Origin: a virus
IMG/VR virus record: IMGVR_UViG_3300027782_000037
Location: 64,001 to 128,000 of that record
Direction: 5' to 3' (one strand)
Length of the DNA stretch: 64,000 nt
Within the stretch, counting starts at the first letter, position 1; each line of letters opens with the position of its first letter. Of the stretch, positions 61,558 to 64,000 are shown in pieces. Position numbers and translations under genes: made by a program. Below the pieces are notes generated by a model that saw only the letters and a list, made by a program, of their open reading frames with translations, searched no databases and was not told where the DNA came from.

Positions 61558-62445
61558 TTAACCTTTTGGAAAAGGTGTTTTTGTATTTACGCCAGTTGCC
61601 TGGGATAAATGTGGCTTAGGTGCTGGGGCTAATTTAGCATTTGCTCCGCCTTTAGCTGGCGTGTTTTTAAATTTTCCTGCTCCTGGAAGATCGCCACGTC
61701 CTTTGTCAGCATAGCTGCTTGGTGCACGGTATGCTGATGTACCATCTGGGTTTGATTCAGAGGCAACATTGCGTACTGGCTTACCCTGCATTCCGGCTGC
61801 GCCCGAGTTAAATGTTGTTGGCGATCTAGTATTAGCACCGTTGTCACCCATTTTAGCTGGTGCAACTTTCTCTAAACTAACGTTTTCCATCATACCCATG
61901 CCGCCTTCTTCATCATCAAATTCTGATGTGTCATCGTCTGCATAAGCGTCACCGCCTACGTCGCCGTCAACTGGTTCCATGTCAAATTCGTCGCCGCCCA
62001 TGTCGTCGCCCATGTCGCCACCTTCTTGGTCGCCCATAAGCTCTTCAAACTCAGCCATTAATTCATCAAGTTTATCTTCAAGGTCAACTACACGATCTTC
62101 TAGATCTTCGTCGCCGAAATCGTCGTCGCCCATGTCGTCGCCCATGTCGTCGCCCATGTCGTCGTCGCCCATGTCGTCTTCTGGTTCTTCTTCGTCATCA
62201 AAGTCAGCGTCTTCGTCGTCATCACCTTCGTTCATGCCGCTTTCGTCAGTTTCGACGTTGCTCATTATATCTTCAGTAGCAGAACCAGAAGTATCGTCCA
62301 TATCTTCTTCGATATCTTCTTCTTGCATAAGGTTTTCATAAATTTCGCGTGATTTCTCAACTACAATATTATGGAAAAGCTCGCGGGCTTTTTCGTTGTC
62401 ATCGTTAATCACATATTCGATTAACTGTTCAAATTTCGATGTCAT
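61558..62445 (-). CDS. Acidic prohead core protein (gp67/68 position)
   Basis: D/E-rich centre with DDMG repeats (12/15-bp gcccatgtcgtc units), basic C-terminus; first gene of head operon. Confidence 0.75.
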   Translation of the reverse strand: MTSKFEQLIEYVINDDNEKARELFHNIVVEKSREIYENLMQEEDIEEDMDDTSGSATEDIMSNVETDESGMNEGDDDEDADFDDEEEPEDDMGDDDMGDDMGDDMGDDDFGDEDLEDRVVDLEDKLDELMAEFEELMGDQEGGDMGDDMGGDEFDMEPVDGDVGGDAYADDDTSEFDDEEGGMGMMENVSLEKVAPAKMGDNGANTRSPTTFNSGAAGMQGKPVRNVASESNPDGTSAYRAPSSYADKGRGDLPGAGKFKNTPAKGGANAKLAPAPKPHLSQATGVNTKTPFPKG

Positions 62446-62475
62446 ATTCTCTCCTTGGATAATGGCTCGTGCTGA

Positions 62476-62481
62476 TATTTA
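62476..62481 (-). promoter_or_regulatory. Late promoter of head operon
   Basis: gTAAATA upstream of SD AAGGAG and ATG 62445. Confidence 0.7.
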
Positions 62482-62645
62482 CTATTAACCAGCATTATTA
62501 CTCTATTAGGGGTTGAAAATGACTAATTTATGTGGGTTTTGTTACATTTGAAATTAGTCTTCATGTAGAAGGCTACCCATTACGTACAAATCTTTTTTAA
62601 ATGATTTAGTGAAACATTTGTTTCCCCAAAATAGTAATAGTAAAA

Positions 62646-64000
62646 TTAGTTCCAGTTGTCTTTGTTATATACCGGAGGGGCAAGGGTTCTACCTTTGTTT
62701 GGTTGTGGTGGCATCGGTTGCGGCTGTTGTTGATATGCTGGTACTACAATACCTTGTGGCACCACAGATTCCGGAGGTATAGCTGGTTCTGGCGCAGCTG
62801 GTTTAGCTGGTTTAGGGGGAGGTGCAACAGGTCCAGGTGCCGGAGCAACTGGTTTTGGTTTAGGTATGCTATTATCAAAAGGTGGATATCCCAATTTCTT
62901 GAACACCGCATTAGCACGTTCCACCGCCTTGGACCAAGCCGGATCGCTATCTTTGCCGTGTTTCTGTTGTAGATCTTGTATTTCCTTAACCAGTCTCTTG
63001 ATCTCTTCCGAATTTTTTGCATCTGTTGCTGTGGCGTTGTCAGATGATGTACCTGGTGCAGCGTCCGGAGTTTCCGACCCACGGGCATAATCAGCTATTT
63101 TTCCAACGCCTGACATGATAAGATCACCATTATTAAACACAAGGTCCAATGCAGCCAGGGCCGCGGCGTATTTTAAAAATCTCTTTGATTTTGCCGCCCA
63201 CGATAAATTGGCTGGTAAACTATTTGGTTTTAATATATTTGCTGCAGGGTTAGATGCGGTGGGTCCTGTCGGTGGTTTGGGGGTACTAGTTGGACTTGAG
63301 GTGGGACTAGTAGTACTTGTGTTAGAACTTGTTAATCGTCGTTGTGCTTCTCTTTCTAGAGCTATAGCTTCGTTACTTCCTCTTGGGATCACTGTGCCGT
63401 CTTGTTTTACCCATGACCCATCTGCATTTTTAGTGTGACTTGTTATCGTACCGGTTGACGCGGTGTCCGTAACTTGAGATCCTTTAGGCACACCAAAAGT
63501 TTTCTCTAATTTCGACCCTTCTTGTTTTAATTCTTTAGCAAGAGCTTTGGCGTCAAGAGTTCTACCATTAGGACCGGAAAACATATTAGTATTAGGTAGT
63601 CTCGTCCAACCTGTGGCTACCTCAGTTCCGTCGGTCAGTCTTAATACGGGAGTTTTTCCCAGCGCATCAGCTACTTCGGCTTGTGGCCTTCTTTTAAATA
63701 GCCACCCAAAGTCGTCAGCAAGTTTCTCAACAGCCGGTGGTAGTCTTACTTCATTAAGCTGTGTTGTTTCATCTAAACGTTTTAATTTTGATACCAAAAG
63801 CGACATCTCGTCAGATTCAGATAAACTACGAGAGGTATTATGATTTTCTTTTACCGAATCCCAACCTTTTACCGCTCCCTTGGCCGCCCCTGTTAGTGCA
63901 TCCAAACCATACTGGCCAGCTTGTTTTGCCATATTATAATGATGTTTGACTGTCGCCCCCAGAGCGTTTCCTACGTAAGAGCCGATTTTAGAGGCCACGG
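62646..64000 (-). CDS. Internal-head-type protein, 5' end probably outside window
   Basis: Frame open to the window edge; VKE, LSE, LDE and LNE sites; hydrophobic stretch YAAALAALDLVF; Pro-rich tail. Confidence 0.75.
   Translation of the reverse strand, partial: VASKIGSYVGNALGATVKHHYNMAKQAGQYGLDALTGAAKGAVKGWDSVKENHNTSRSLSESDEMSLLVSKLKRLDETTQLNEVRLPPAVEKLADDFGWLFKRRPQAEVADALGKTPVLRLTDGTEVATGWTRLPNTNMFSGPNGRTLDAKALAKELKQEGSKLEKTFGVPKGSQVTDTASTGTITSHTKNADGSWVKQDGTVIPRGSNEAIALEREAQRRLTSSNTSTTSPTSSPTSTPKPPTGPTASNPAANILKPNSLPANLSWAAKSKRFLKYAAALAALDLVFNNGDLIMSGVGKIADYARGSETPDAAPGTSSDNATATDAKNSEEIKRLVKEIQDLQQKHGKDSDPAWSKAVERANAVFKKLGYPPFDNSIPKPKPVAPAPGPVAPPPKPAKPAAPEPAIPPESVVPQGIVVPAYQQQPQPMPPQPNKGRTLAPPVYNKDNWN

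Noticed and set aside
61990-62180. gcccatgtcgtc tandem repeats
   Set aside because: Ordinary low-complexity DDMG coding repeats in an acidic core protein
1-64000. Alternative genetic code or stop readthrough
   Set aside because: Core genes are full length in code 11, and TAG and TGA both end genes at tight junctions (e.g. 30881, 13199)

Overview
64 kb of the virion-morphogenesis region of a large T4-like myovirus. It is most likely a jumbo phage (inferred from the ~400-aa capsid protein and the 1211-aa sheath), uses the standard genetic code, and is mostly on the minus strand. From the right end it carries: an internal-head-type protein; the prohead core, protease (gp21), scaffold (gp22) and major capsid (gp23) operon; a free-standing GIY-YIG homing endonuclease; a TPR-glycosyltransferase; and about 35 kb (20.4-55.7 kb) of fibre, adaptor and adhesin genes. 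Further left come the neck and tail-terminator genes (gp13/14/15), a small early nucleotide-metabolism operon, sheath, tube, a gp54-like gene, gp4, and a >1360-aa ORF running off the left edge that the ORF track missed. The most notable observations are: (1) matching terminal motifs link neighbouring fibre genes in a repeating 'plug-and-socket' pattern that follows gene order; (2) TAAATA late promoters often sit exactly 5 nt before an ATG (leaderless mRNA) or inside RBS-occluding hairpins, and gp15 appears to start at AUU; (3) the left-edge ORF looks like a protease-processed head polyprotein with a peptidoglycan-binding domain, an AT-hook and Zn motifs; (4) two candidate structured RNAs. No tRNA, rRNA, CRISPR array, intron or intein was seen. 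All family assignments come from motif recognition by eye, not from database searches.
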